The notes beneath the pieces are model-generated. The model saw only the letters and a list, made by a program, of their open reading frames with translations, was not told the DNA's origin and did no database searches. A stretch of DNA of 64,000 nucleotides from a bacterium (GTDB lineage: Bacteria > Patescibacteriota > Patescibacteriia > JAACEG01), in assembly GCA_030641665.1 (NCBI GenBank), contig DAOWHA010000050.1, positions 2,632-66,631 on the forward strand. The letters are read 5' to 3'. Every line of letters begins with the position of its first letter. Positions within the stretch are counted from its first letter, which is position 1. A program made the translations under genes and the position numbers. Positions 22,304 to 31,727 of the stretch are shown piece after piece.

Positions 22304-22444
22304 TGTCTTTGCGAGGAGGCGATAGCCGACGAAGCAATCTCATTACTGAGCGAATAAATCTATAATTATAACTTTTTTGCGTAATTAACGAGATTGCTTC
22401 GTCGCGCCTCTCTCGCTTCGCTCATTCAGCTCCTCGCAAAGACA
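22304..22444. repeat. Nested palindromic element, copy 4
   Basis: TGTCTTTGCGAGGAGGCGATAGCCGACGAAGCAATCTCATTACTGAGCGAATAAATCT...GATTGCTTCGTCG...CTCCTCGCAAAGACA. Confidence 0.9.
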
Positions 22445-22467
22445 ATGGAATTTATATAATTTCGTGA

Positions 22468-23436
22468 TTACGCTTTTAACGCATTCGCGCCGGCGCTGAT
22501 CTCCGCGATCTCCGCTGTAATGCTTGCCTGCCTTGCCTTGTTATAAAAGAGCGTTAATTCTGAAACTAAGTCTCCCGCCGCTTCTGTCGCTTGATGCATT
22601 GCTGACATTCTGGCGCTATGTTCGGACGCGTTTGATTCCAGTAGCGCCTGAAAAAGCTGGACTTCAATTAAACGCGGAATCATTTCGTCTAAAACTTCTT
22701 TCGGACTCGGCTCAAAAGTATATTCGTACGCGAACTTATCTGCTTGCAGATATTTCTTCTCTTTTTTCCCGACAAATTCTTTATTAAGTCCTACCCTTGT
22801 GTCCTTTCCGACAATTCCAAGATACTCGTCTTCCGCGGAAATGTCAACAGGCAGAAGCTGATTAACTCTCGGAATCTGCTTTCTAGCATTAACAAAATCG
22901 GTGTAAGCAACCATTATCTTATCGTATGTTCCGCTTAAATAATCGTTTAGCGCCATTCTTGCGATTGGCAAAATTTCTTTTATTTCGCTGATTATATCAA
23001 GTTTGGAAAATTCCGCAACAATGTCATAGTTATAATGCTTTTTTATCGCCGCGCCTTTTTTTCCGATTATTATAAATTCTGGCTTTTCTTTCCCCTGCTC
23101 CATATGCTTTTCAACGCTTTTGCGCGTTTTATTTATAATAGCCGCGTTAAATCCTCCGCATAATCCCCTATTAGACGATATTAAAATAATTCCGACTTTT
23201 TTGATTTTTTTTCGTTTTGTGAAAAGCGGATGCAAATTTTTATCCCCATTATTATCTGTTGCTTGCGATAAATTTAAAACAGTCTTCCAGCTTAAATTAG
23301 CGTAAGTCCTTGTCTTAAGCACGGCCTCAATCGCGCGACGCATTTTGGATGCCGCCACCATTTCCATCGCTTTGGTAATTTTTTTAGTATTGCTGATGGA
23401 TTTTATTCTGCTTTGTATGTCTTTAGTATTCGCCAT
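22468..23436 (-). CDS. atpG: F1 ATP synthase gamma subunit
   Basis: N-terminal MANTKDIQSRIKSISNTKKITKAMEMVAASKMRRA and C-terminal coiled-coil ITAEIAEISAGANAL. Confidence 0.9.
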   Translation of the reverse strand: MANTKDIQSRIKSISNTKKITKAMEMVAASKMRRAIEAVLKTRTYANLSWKTVLNLSQATDNNGDKNLHPLFTKRKKIKKVGIILISSNRGLCGGFNAAIINKTRKSVEKHMEQGKEKPEFIIIGKKGAAIKKHYNYDIVAEFSKLDIISEIKEILPIARMALNDYLSGTYDKIMVAYTDFVNARKQIPRVNQLLPVDISAEDEYLGIVGKDTRVGLNKEFVGKKEKKYLQADKFAYEYTFEPSPKEVLDEMIPRLIEVQLFQALLESNASEHSARMSAMHQATEAAGDLVSELTLFYNKARQASITAEIAEISAGANALKA

Positions 23437-23468
23437 ATTAATTATAAAAACGCGTTTATTAAAAATAT

Positions 23469-23623
23469 TGTCTTTGCGAGGAGCCGAGCGAGTGAAACGA
23501 GCGAAGTGCGACGAAGCAATCCCATTACTAAGCGAATAAATCTCTTTTGTATAGTTTATGCGAATATTAACGAAATTGCTTCGTCGCTCTCTCGCTATGC
23601 TCGTTCGGCTCCTAGCAAAGACA
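23469..23623. repeat. Nested palindromic element, copy 5
   Basis: TGTCTTTGCGAGGAGCCGAGCGAGTGAAACGAGCGAAGTGCGACGAAGCAATCCCATTACTAAGCGAATAAATCT...ATTGCTTCGTCG...CTCCTAGCAAAGACA. Confidence 0.9.
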
Positions 23624-23642
23624 ATAAAAGTATATTCTACTT

Positions 23643-25196
23643 TTAACTCTCTATATAATCTAAAGTATTCTTATAATCCTTAATTAACTTGTTAATTTTC
23701 TCCTCTATTCTTTCATTTAATTCTCCTTTTTCCGCAATCTCTTTTAAAATATCTTCGCCGTTTATTTTCGCGTATTTATTTAATCCAATTTCAAATTCGC
23801 TGATTTTTTCAACAGGGATATCATCTAAAAAGCCAGCGGTAATAGCGTAAAAAATTAAAACTTGATTAGCGACAGGAATCGGTCGATATTGATCTTGCTT
23901 AAATATTTCAACCAATCTTTTTCCTCTTTCTAATTTTGCTTTTGTTTCATCGTCTAAATCAGAACCGAATTGCGCGAACGCGGCTAACTCCCTGTATTGC
24001 GCGGCTTCCAGCCTCATTTTGCCTGCAACTTTTTTCATCGCCTTAATCTGCGCGGCACTTCCTACGCGCGATACTGACAAGCCAGCATTTACGGCAGGCC
24101 TATTTCCTTGATAAAACAGATCTGGTTCAAGATAAATCTGCCCGTCAGTAATTGATATTACATTTGTCGGAATATAAGCAGATACATCTCCCGCCTGTGT
24201 TTCAATAATCGGCAGCGCCGTGATTGATCCTCCGCCGCAATCTTTATTTAATTTACATGCTCTTTCCAGTAATCTTGAATGCAGATAAAAAACATCTCCG
24301 GGATAAGCTTCACGCCCCGGCGGTCGCTTCAATAATAAGGAAATCTCTCGGTAAGCTACAGCATGCTTGCTTAGATCGTCATAAACAATTAAAGCGTCTT
24401 CGCCTTTGTCTAAAAAATATTCCGCTATGGCGCATCCGGCATAAGGCGCGATATAAGAAAACGCCGCCGGGTCGGACGCGCCAGCCAGCACAATAGTAGT
24501 GTAATCCATCGCGCCATGCTCTTCCAGTTTTGCGGCGATGTTAGCGACTTTTGATTCTTTCTGTCCGATTGCGACATAAATGCATTTCATATTCTGCCCT
24601 TTCTGGTTGATAATAGCGTCAATGGCAATCGCGGTTTTTCCGATCTGGCGATCGCCGATTATCAATTCTCTCTGCCCCCTTCCGATCGGAATCATCGCGT
24701 CAATCGCTTTAATTCCCGTCTGAACCGGCTCAAAAACAGATTCTCTGGAAATAACCCCTGGGGCTATTTTTTCAACTGGATAATATTTTTCCGCCTCGAT
24801 TTCACCTTTTCCGTCAATCGGCTGCCCCAAAGCGTTAACAGTTCTGCCGATAATGTTCTCTCCTGTTGGGACTTCTAAAATTCTTTTTAAGCATTTCACT
24901 TCATCGCCTTCTTTAATTTTAGAACAATCTCCTAAAATAATCGCGCCAACACTGTCCTCTTCCAAATTTAAAGCGACACCATATTGGATTTCGGATTTCG
25001 GATTTCGGATTTCGGATTTTTTATTGCTTGAAAATTCAAGCATCTCCGACATCATCACATCGGAAAGCCCTGAAACGCGAGCGATTCCGTCGCCGACTTC
25101 AATGACTTTGCCGACTGTCTGCTCTTTAATCTCTGTTTTAAAATTCGCGATTTGCTTTTTTAATTGTTCAACAATAAAATCTTTTGTATTGCTCAT
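23643..25196 (-). CDS. atpA: F1 ATP synthase alpha subunit (with in-frame heptamer-repeat insertion)
   Basis: Walker [16 protein letters not shown]. Full-length alpha subunit. Insertion [17 protein letters not shown] is encoded by (gatttcg)n at 24987-25019. Confidence 0.95.
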   Translation of the reverse strand: MSNTKDFIVEQLKKQIANFKTEIKEQTVGKVIEVGDGIARVSGLSDVMMSEMLEFSSNKKSEIRNPKSEIQYGVALNLEEDSVGAIILGDCSKIKEGDEVKCLKRILEVPTGENIIGRTVNALGQPIDGKGEIEAEKYYPVEKIAPGVISRESVFEPVQTGIKAIDAMIPIGRGQRELIIGDRQIGKTAIAIDAIINQKGQNMKCIYVAIGQKESKVANIAAKLEEHGAMDYTTIVLAGASDPAAFSYIAPYAGCAIAEYFLDKGEDALIVYDDLSKHAVAYREISLLLKRPPGREAYPGDVFYLHSRLLERACKLNKDCGGGSITALPIIETQAGDVSAYIPTNVISITDGQIYLEPDLFYQGNRPAVNAGLSVSRVGSAAQIKAMKKVAGKMRLEAAQYRELAAFAQFGSDLDDETKAKLERGKRLVEIFKQDQYRPIPVANQVLIFYAITAGFLDDIPVEKISEFEIGLNKYAKINGEDILKEIAEKGELNERIEEKINKLIKDYKNTLDYIES

Positions 25197-25264
25197 ACTA
25201 TTGACTTTTTTATAATTTATGTTAATTTTTTATTAAACTCATATTTTAAAAAGGAGGGATAAAA

Positions 25265-25408
25265 ATGACTGATTATTTTTTTATACTTTTATTGATAATT
25301 TTAATAATTTGGATTTTTTTTCCATTTCTTTCAAAAAGTTTGAAAAAATTGAAACACAGAAAAAAATTAGCAAAAATAAAAAAAGCAATAAGAGAAGGAA
25401 AAATATAA
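25265..25408 (+). CDS. Candidate small hydrophobic peptide (47 aa), divergent from atpA
   Basis: Strong SD aaaggaggg 7 nt upstream of ATG. MTDYFFILLLIILIIWIFFPF... Below the ORF-track size cutoff. Confidence 0.3.
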   Translation: MTDYFFILLLIILIIWIFFPFLSKSLKKLKHRKKLAKIKKAIREGKI

Positions 25409-25472
25409 AAAAATCAAAACAAAGGGAGGTGATAAATAAGGCTTTGCGTTCACGCAAAGTCTTACTTTTTTC

Positions 25473-25611
25473 TGTCTTTGCGAGAAGGCGATAGCCGACG
25501 AAGCAATCCCATTGCTAAGCGAAAAAAATTATAAACACAGATTTGTTCGTTCAGTAATGGGATTGCTTCGTCGCTCTCTCTCGCTATGCTCGCTCGGCTC
25601 CTCGCAAAGAC
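25473..25611. repeat. Nested palindromic element, copy 6 (core in flipped orientation)
   Basis: TGTCTTTGCGAGAAGGCGATAGCCGACGAAGCAATCCCATTGCT...CAGATTTGTTCGTTCAGTAATGGGATTGCTTCGTCG...CTCCTCGCAAAGACA. Confidence 0.9.
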
Positions 25612-25624
25612 AAGGTAATTAAAT

Positions 25625-26025
25625 TTACCTTACCATCTCGCTTCTTAACCCGCTTAAACTATTCCTTAAACTCCCATCCAAAATTTTATCTTCATATTTA
25701 ATGACCACTCCTCCTAAAATATCTTTATTTATTTTCTGATTTAAAATAACTTTTTCCGCTCCGGACAATTTAGCAATATAACTATTTAACAATTCAATAA
25801 TCTCCTTGCCTAACTCCTTGGCGCTCACGACTTCCGCTTCAATAATGCTATGTTCTTTGTCCCATATTTTACAAAATTGTCCCGCTATTTTTTCTAATTT
25901 ATTAATATCGCTATTGCTTTGCAAAACTTTAACAAAATTTTCAATCACAACTTTAATCTCGCTGTCTTTTTTTTCTTGAACAACTTGATATAAACTTTCA
26001 GCGTACTGTTTTGATGATATTTTCA
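25625..26025 (-). CDS. atpH: F1 ATP synthase delta subunit (OSCP)
   Basis: MKISSKQYAESLYQVVQEK...GGVVIKYEDKILDGSLRNSL. Start set at ATG 26025 with agga 8 nt upstream. The ORF-track TTG start at 26107 lies inside repeat copy 7. Confidence 0.75.
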
Positions 26026-26075
26026 TAAAAATAATCCTAAAATGTCTTAATAAAAAAAATTTCTCTCTTCTGGTT

Positions 26076-26214
26076 GTCTTTGCGAGAAGCGAATGGAGCG
26101 ATAGCAAAATGAGCGACGAAGCAATCCCATTACTGAACGAACAAATCTGTGATTACAAATCTCTTTGCGTAAACAACGAGATTGCTTCGTCGGCTATCGC
26201 CTCCTCGCAAAGAC
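26076..26214. repeat. Nested palindromic element, copy 7
   Basis: TGTCTTTGCGAGAAGCGAATGGAGCGATAGCAAAATGAGCGACGAAGCAATCCCATTACTGAACGAACAAATCTG...GATTGCTTCGTCGGCTATCGCCTCCTCGCAAAGACA. Confidence 0.9.
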
Positions 26215-26222
26215 AATGGTGT

Positions 26223-26711
26223 TTATTTTACTATTTTTTTAATCAATTCTTTGTCTTTCTCGCTATCCATTTTTTCTTCCAATACTTTTTCAACAGACAG
26301 GACAACCAATTCCGCCATCTCTTTTTTCAGTTCTTTTTCCATCGCTTGTTTTTCGCCTTTAATCTGTTCCTTTGCTTTTTGAATAACAGCCGCTACCTCT
26401 TCTTTTGCTTTTTCAACTGTCGCATTTTTGTTGTCTTCGGCTTTTTTTTGCGCCTGCTCTAAAATACCGCTTGCGCCTTTTTTGGCTTTGATTATTTTCG
26501 CCGCGCATTCTTTATCAGAAACTAATAATCTTTCTTCAATTTTCTTTGCGTCTTTTAACCCTTTTTCAACTGTTTTTGTCCGCTCATCCATCACTTTGAT
26601 AATCGGCTTTAGCGCAAACTTATAAAGCACAAAAAAAACAATGGCAAAATTAACCATTTGCGCGATTAAAAGTTTCCAGTCTATATGAAAAGTTGAAATT
26701 ATAGAATCCAT
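26223..26711 (-). CDS. atpF: Fo ATP synthase subunit b
   Basis: N-terminal TM segment LLIAQMVNFAIVFFVLYKF followed by a long charged helix. Confidence 0.85.
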   Translation of the reverse strand: MDSIISTFHIDWKLLIAQMVNFAIVFFVLYKFALKPIIKVMDERTKTVEKGLKDAKKIEERLLVSDKECAAKIIKAKKGASGILEQAQKKAEDNKNATVEKAKEEVAAVIQKAKEQIKGEKQAMEKELKKEMAELVVLSVEKVLEEKMDSEKDKELIKKIVK

Positions 26712-26735
26712 TAGAATAATTTTTAATTTTTATTG

Positions 26736-26815
26736 TAGGGACGGGTTTAAAACCCGTCCGTATCATTGGATAATGGGTTTAAAACCCATCCATACGATTT
26801 GGTTTTATTTTTTTA
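26736..26815 (-). promoter_or_regulatory. Twin tandem hairpins plus T-run between atpE and atpF (attenuator or processing structure)
   Basis: gggacgggtttaaaacccgtccg and ggataatgggtttaaaacccatcca, then tttggttttattttttt. Confidence 0.35.
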
Positions 26816-26870
26816 ATAAATTATTTTATCTGCGAGAGATTAAATAATAACCGCCCGCGCATCAAATAAT

Positions 26871-27095
<225 letters not shown>

Positions 27096-27149
27096 TTATT
27101 AAATTAAATAAATAATTATTCTTTAAATTACAAAATTCGTAAATCCAAC

Positions 27150-27291
27150 TGTCTTTGCGAGCGGAGTGCAACGGAGCGAAGCAATCTCATTACTGAGCAA
27201 AAAAAACTATAATCATAACTCCTTCTGCTTAGTAATGGGATTGCTTCGTCATTTCGTTTCGCTATCTCTCCACTTCATTCCTCGCAAAGAC
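27150..27291. repeat. Nested palindromic element, copy 8
   Basis: TGTCTTTGCGAGCGGAGTGCAACGGAGCGAAGCAATCTCATTACTGAGCAAAAAAAACT...AGTAATGGGATTGCTTCGTC...CATTCCTCGCAAAGACA. Confidence 0.9.
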
Positions 27292-27313
27292 AAATAGTTG
27301 ACTAATAATCTAT

Positions 27314-28162
27314 CTAATGCTCTTCTGACATGCTAATAGACGCAAAAACCAAAGTCAGCATCGCAAAAATCAACGCTTGAATTAATCCGACGATTATCTC
27401 TAAAAATATAAACGGGATCGGCAGTAAAAACGAACAAATTGCCGCCATTGAAATCAATAAAACTTCTCCTGCGAATATATTGCCAAACAGCCTGAAAGAA
27501 AGCGACGCTACTTTTGCGATCTCCCCTATTATTTCAACTATGCCGACAAAAAATTTAATCGGATTAATTAAAAGAATGCTCGGGTCTTTTATAATTTTTT
27601 TCGGAACCGCCAATAAAGCGTTAATATTTATAAATTTATTGATATGGCTCCAAAGCCCTATCGTCACTATGCCTAACAGATGAGTTCCAATAATAGCAAT
27701 TAGCGATAAAGCTAAAGTTGTGTTAAGATCGGCTGTTCCGCCTCGCAAAAAAGGGATAAACATATTATGTCCATTATGCTCTTCAATAAAACCGATTGAT
27801 CCTACTCCGGGCAGCAATCCAAACCAATTATTTAACAGGATAAATATAAAAAAAGCGAATACAAGAGGAAATATTTTCAGCGATTTTTTTCTTGAGTTGG
27901 TCACGCTGTCGCACAGTTCAATCGCTTTTTCAATTACAACTTCGGCAACATTCTGCGCGCCGCGCGGGACTTTTTTTATCCTTTTTTTAATAAATATGGA
28001 AATCGCTATTATTAAAAAAACAACCACCCAACTTACAAACAAAGAATTCGTAATTGTAAAATGCTTAAAATGAAAAATCGGCTCGGCAAACAGGGTTGTT
28101 TCATGAAGAATTTCTTGATGTTCGCTGTTATTTTGTTCCACGCTGCTTGCTGTCTGGCTCAT
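27314..28162 (-). CDS. atpB: Fo ATP synthase subunit a
   Basis: Conserved Arg helix LSFRLFGNIFAGEVLL. 282 aa, multi-TM. Confidence 0.85.
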   Translation of the reverse strand: MSQTASSVEQNNSEHQEILHETTLFAEPIFHFKHFTITNSLFVSWVVVFLIIAISIFIKKRIKKVPRGAQNVAEVVIEKAIELCDSVTNSRKKSLKIFPLVFAFFIFILLNNWFGLLPGVGSIGFIEEHNGHNMFIPFLRGGTADLNTTLALSLIAIIGTHLLGIVTIGLWSHINKFININALLAVPKKIIKDPSILLINPIKFFVGIVEIIGEIAKVASLSFRLFGNIFAGEVLLISMAAICSFLLPIPFIFLEIIVGLIQALIFAMLTLVFASISMSEEH

Positions 28163-28409
28163 CTTCCTTGTTTTTACTTAAATTATCTAAATCTTTCATC
28201 GCCTTAATAGCGTTATAAACAATTCCGACATTGGAAATTATAAACGCAATAAAAACGGACAATAAAAACAGTTTTGGCTCTGTGCCATACTTATCATCCA
28301 GCCACTTTCCAAAGAAAATAGCCGCTATAATCGGAACGGCAATCCATCCTGACAGTTTCAAAAAAAGTTCAATTCCCGGCTGCCACCAATTGTTTTCTTT
28401 TCTGCTCAT
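28128..28409 (-). CDS. AtpI/AtpZ-like small membrane protein, first gene of the atp operon
   Basis: 93 aa, two TM segments. Position and size typical of atpI. Overlaps the atpB start. Confidence 0.5.
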   Translation of the reverse strand: MSRKENNWWQPGIELFLKLSGWIAVPIIAAIFFGKWLDDKYGTEPKLFLLSVFIAFIISNVGIVYNAIKAMKDLDNLSKNKEDEPDSKQRGTK

Positions 28410-28502
28410 AGGAATTTCAAAAAAAATAAAAAACCGCAGATCGCCTACGCTATATAAATTATTATGAATAAATTTTTTGTTTTTGTCAAGATAAAAATGA
28501 AC

Positions 28503-28518
28503 TGCGGAGAGGGAGGGA
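28503..28518. repeat. 16-bp direct repeat of the tRNA-Ser(GCU) 3' end (att-like islet boundary)
   Basis: tgcggagagggaggga is identical to 31057-31072, the acceptor/T-stem 3' end of the intact tRNA-Ser. Confidence 0.6.
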
Positions 28519-28561
28519 CGATGTTGAAATATGGCTAAATAGTATTTTAGATAATAGTTGT

Positions 28562-30067
28562 CTAAAATAAATCAAAATCAACAAGACCTTCATTTAAACT
28601 TTTCCAAAAACCTTTCTTTTTTTCTTTAATTTCTGATTGCACTTTAATATTGATAGTATTAGATATTTTTTGATGTTTCTTGTTATTTCTCTCTATGCCC
28701 ACCATCATAGAATATCCAGGAAATTTTTCATCGTCCCAGTCAGTCTGCCATTTTCCATTTTTCCAAACCCAATTATTCAAATTATTATCAACGAAAGACC
28801 ATGATGTATCTTTTTTTGGATTTACTCTATCAGGTATATTTTCAAACAATTTTAGTATTTTATCAGGTTTGAAAATTGGGCAAATTCTTAACTGCTGAAA
28901 TTGACGATCTATCTCTTTTTTTATTTTATCTTTATTAAAAATCCACTCACCGCTTTGGGTGTTAATATATCCATATTCTCGCCAAGAATTTTGTTTAAAC
29001 TCATTAAAGTAAAAATTTTTACATCCAAATTTGTTTATGTTACCGTCCCATTCGTTTGTGCGACAATAATCTAAAGATTTACCTGTTTTGACTTTTTCTT
29101 TATAACACCACAAACCATTACGAAGCATAGTTGAGCGTATAGGCTTTCCGTCTATCTCTATATTTTGTGTTTTCCAACCACTTGTATAGTCAAGCATGGT
29201 GTATAAATTTTCTATATTCTCAATATCAAAATAAGCGGAGTAAATAGTGTCACCTTTTTCTTCTATTTTTTCAAATGTTTTCTGTTTTTCTATAAAAATT
29301 ATTGCTTTCTCTCTTTTTTTTGAAGTAGATTTACCGAATGATATTTTGATTTTTCTTTTACCTTTTTCATTTCTATTTTTCTCATTTTTATTGACTGAAA
29401 ATATTTCAACATCAATATTAAGTTCATCGGACAAAAAAGAGTGCCATTCCATTTGTTTGGTTGAAATTTTGTCTTTTTCGCTCTTTACTTCTGCAAAAAA
29501 ATATTTATCTTTTGAATAAACAAATAAGTCTGGAAGTCCTGATCTATTATAACTAAAATTTTTGAATAATCTTTCTATGATGCTTAATAATTTATCCTTT
29601 TCCATTACATCAACAGCAATACACAACTGATCTATTGAAAATTTATCCCAGTTTTCAATAGGTCTACAATATTTTTTAAAATTATTTTTATATGAATTAA
29701 CTAAAACTTCTTTTATATCAATATTTACAAGTTCTTTTAATTTATTTTTTAATAGGCTTTTTCTTGTTGAATAAAAATTATCAGAAAAAAAATCTCTAGG
29801 CATGTCCTGATATTCGTTAGGAAAATTTTCGCCAAACTCTGGACTCCAAACACCGTCAATTTTAGCAAATATAATATCCCAAAATAATAAAGCATATATT
29901 TCCCACCAATAACTATTTTCTGTCCAAATAGAAAAAAGACTTTCTTTTTCATAAATTTTTCGAGCAAATTCTTCAACAAAAAAATAGTCATTGTCTAATA
30001 AATACTTAATCTTTTTACCAGATGAAAAATTTTGCTTTTCAGCTTGTATATTTTTTTCAGAAATCAT
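28562..30067 (-). CDS. VRR-NUC-domain nuclease-like protein (hypothetical), in a low-GC islet
   Basis: GLPDLFVYSKDKYFFAEVKSEKDKISTKQMEWHSFL fits the VRR-NUC D...EVK...Q motif. Long Trp-rich C-terminal tail. Confidence 0.45.
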   Translation of the reverse strand: MISEKNIQAEKQNFSSGKKIKYLLDNDYFFVEEFARKIYEKESLFSIWTENSYWWEIYALLFWDIIFAKIDGVWSPEFGENFPNEYQDMPRDFFSDNFYSTRKSLLKNKLKELVNIDIKEVLVNSYKNNFKKYCRPIENWDKFSIDQLCIAVDVMEKDKLLSIIERLFKNFSYNRSGLPDLFVYSKDKYFFAEVKSEKDKISTKQMEWHSFLSDELNIDVEIFSVNKNEKNRNEKGKRKIKISFGKSTSKKREKAIIFIEKQKTFEKIEEKGDTIYSAYFDIENIENLYTMLDYTSGWKTQNIEIDGKPIRSTMLRNGLWCYKEKVKTGKSLDYCRTNEWDGNINKFGCKNFYFNEFKQNSWREYGYINTQSGEWIFNKDKIKKEIDRQFQQLRICPIFKPDKILKLFENIPDRVNPKKDTSWSFVDNNLNNWVWKNGKWQTDWDDEKFPGYSMMVGIERNNKKHQKISNTINIKVQSEIKEKKKGFWKSLNEGLVDFDLF

Positions 30068-30099
30068 GAAATGATCTTATTTAACTTATATTTCAAATT

Positions 30100-30855
30100 T
30101 TATAAATTATTATAAGCCTCAACCTGATTATTATATTCGTATTTAATCATTTCGTAATCATCACCCCATTTTTGTTTTGCATTAGTCATAATGTTTGGAT
30201 ATTCAGTTTGAGATATTATCCATTCATAGGCTCCAGCTTGATTGTTGTATTCATACTTCACCATTTCAAAATCATTATTCCATTTGGTTTTAGCTTTTGC
30301 CATAATATCTGGATATCTTGTTTGTGCTACAACCCAGTCGTATACTTGAACTTGATTATTATATTCATATTGAACCATTTCATAATCGGTACCCCATTTT
30401 GAAGAAGCGTTTGCTTTTAGAATTGTAAGGATATTTTCCCTATTAGTTTTTTGGGTTGGCGCAGGTGTCTCAGGTGCTGGCTCTTTTTTTGGAGGAGCAG
30501 TTGCTATTTCTGTAGATATGGTTTCTTCTTTTTGGGTCTTGGGCTTTTCGATAATTTCATTTTTATTTGTTGTTTGCTCCTTCTCTTGTTCGTCATCAAT
30601 TTTTACTGTTTGATTATCCGCCTCAATATTTTCAGAAATTTTATTTTCTTGCGCAACTTGTGGTGTTTGTGTGGTTGGTTCTGTCGTAATTCCAAATAAA
30701 ATAAAAAATACTAAGGCAAAGATTCCAAAAATCATTACTGTAACTTTTCGTGTTGCTCGCTCTTTTAGAAAGCGAATAAAAATGTCTGGTTTAATCAAGC
30801 CAACAATCAATGCAATGATTGAGGTTAAAAATAAAAGTAAAAATAAATTGTCCAT
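30100..30855 (-). CDS. Membrane-anchored protein with three tandem ~36-aa KWGxDYEMVxYEYNNQ repeats (hypothetical)
   Basis: N-terminal two TM, Pro/Thr/Glu-rich linker, then KWGTDYEMVQYEYNNQVQVYDWVVAQTRYPDIM / KWNNDFEMVKYEYNNQAGAYEWIISQTEYPNIM / KWGDDYEMIKYEYNNQ. Confidence 0.5.
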   Translation of the reverse strand: MDNLFLLLFLTSIIALIVGLIKPDIFIRFLKERATRKVTVMIFGIFALVFFILFGITTEPTTQTPQVAQENKISENIEADNQTVKIDDEQEKEQTTNKNEIIEKPKTQKEETISTEIATAPPKKEPAPETPAPTQKTNRENILTILKANASSKWGTDYEMVQYEYNNQVQVYDWVVAQTRYPDIMAKAKTKWNNDFEMVKYEYNNQAGAYEWIISQTEYPNIMTNAKQKWGDDYEMIKYEYNNQVEAYNNL

Positions 30856-30950
30856 AGTATTGTTATTAAAAAATTATTTATAAACAAAAAATTAATTTTT
30901 TCTTAGCGCTAAATTCGTCTTCCGTAATAATTCCTTTTTATAAAATGAAT

Positions 30951-31038
30951 GCGGAGAGGGATGGATTCGCCCTGTCATCCGACAGGGCGCCCCGATGGAT
31001 ATCGGGGCGAACCATTAAGCTAGTTGCCCAACTAACAC
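30951..31038 (-). pseudogene. 3' fragment of a tRNA-Ser-like gene with a 40-nt double-hairpin insert in the T-loop (fragment A)
   Basis: gcggagagggatggattcg[ccctgtcatccgacagggcg ccccgatggatatcggggcg]aaccattaagctagttgcccaactaacac. Variable arm + T arm + acceptor 3' only. Confidence 0.7.
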
Positions 31039-31058
31039 AATATCAAATTTATTAAATG

Positions 31059-31145
31059 CGGAGAGGGAGGGATTCGAACCCTCGAGCCAGTTGCCCAGCT
31101 AACACCTTAGCAGGGTGCCCCTTTCAACCACTCAGGCACCTCTCC
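31059..31145 (-). tRNA. tRNA-Ser(GCU): tRNA-Ser (anticodon GCU), type II, intact
   Basis: Sense GGAGAGGTGCCTGAGTGGTTGAAAGGGGCACCCTGCTAAGGTGTTAGCTGGGCAACTGGCTCGAGGGTTCGAATCCCTCCCTCTCCG. Anticodon loop CTGCTAA. No CCA encoded. Confidence 0.85.
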
Positions 31146-31151
31146 GTTTTT

Positions 31152-31412
31152 TTATTTTCCCAACTTAATAAACAATTCTTTGATTTGTTGTTTTAAAAAA
31201 TATTTTCCTTCTGTTGTTTTTAAATATTTTTCTCTTCTTTCGGCATCCTTTTTTAATAAATACGCTTCATAATGAACTAATTTAATCGGCAGCCGCCTAT
31301 TTGTTGATTTGACTTTACCTGATTTGTGCTCAATAATTCTGCGTTTTAAATTGCTCGTAAATCCAGTATACAATTGGTTGTTATTTAATAATAAAATATA
31401 AACATAATACAT
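31152..31412 (-). CDS. GIY-YIG nuclease-domain small protein (UPF0213/YhbQ-like)
   Basis: YYVYILLLNNNQLYTGFTSNLKRRIIEH, a GIY-YIG signature. Sits between the intact tRNA-Ser and a truncated copy. Confidence 0.65.
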   Translation of the reverse strand: MYYVYILLLNNNQLYTGFTSNLKRRIIEHKSGKVKSTNRRLPIKLVHYEAYLLKKDAERREKYLKTTEGKYFLKQQIKELFIKLGK

Positions 31413-31437
31413 AAACTCTTAACCATTGACTTATTAA

Positions 31438-31541
31438 GCGGAGAGGGAGGGATTCGCCCCGATATCCATCGGGGCGCCACGGCGGATGCCGTGGCGAACC
31501 CTCGAGCCAGTTGCCCTGCTAACACCTTAGCAGGGTGCCCC
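31438..31541 (-). pseudogene. 3' fragment of a tRNA-Ser(GCU)-like gene with 40-nt T-loop insert (fragment B)
   Basis: gcggagagggagggattcg[ccccgatatccatcggggcg ccacggcggatgccgtggcg]aaccctcgagccagttgccctgctaacaccttagcagggtgcccc. Lacks D arm and 5' acceptor. Confidence 0.7.
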
Positions 31542-31598
31542 TTTTTTAACCCCGTCGGAAATCCGATATCGAAATCCGAATTCCGAAATAGAAATAGC

Positions 31599-31684
31599 GG
31601 AGAGATAGGGATTCGAACCCTAGGAACCCGTGAAGGCTCAACGGTTTTCAAGACCGTCCCATTCAACCGCTCTGGCATCTCTCC
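31599..31684 (-). tRNA. tRNA-Ser(UGA): tRNA-Ser (anticodon UGA), type II, intact
   Basis: Sense GGAGAGATGCCAGAGCGGTTGAATGGGACGGTCTTGAAAACCGTTGAGCCTTCACGGGTTCCTAGGGTTCGAATCCCTATCTCTCCG. Anticodon loop CTTGAAA. Confidence 0.85.
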
Positions 31685-31727
31685 AATATATTTAATTGTG
31701 TATAAAAATAAATTTGCCCGTTAACTT

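Noticed and set aside
26026-26107. Longer atpH start (TTG at 26107)
   Set aside because: The extension lies inside element copy 7 and yields a non-conserved MLSLHSLLAKTTRREK leader. ATG 26025 has an RBS-like agga and gives a conventional delta N-terminus.
31385-31724. ORFs 31385-31678(-) and 31491-31724(+) in the tRNA cluster
   Set aside because: They overlap tRNA-Ser genes and tRNA fragments and are GC-rich hairpin translations. Spurious.
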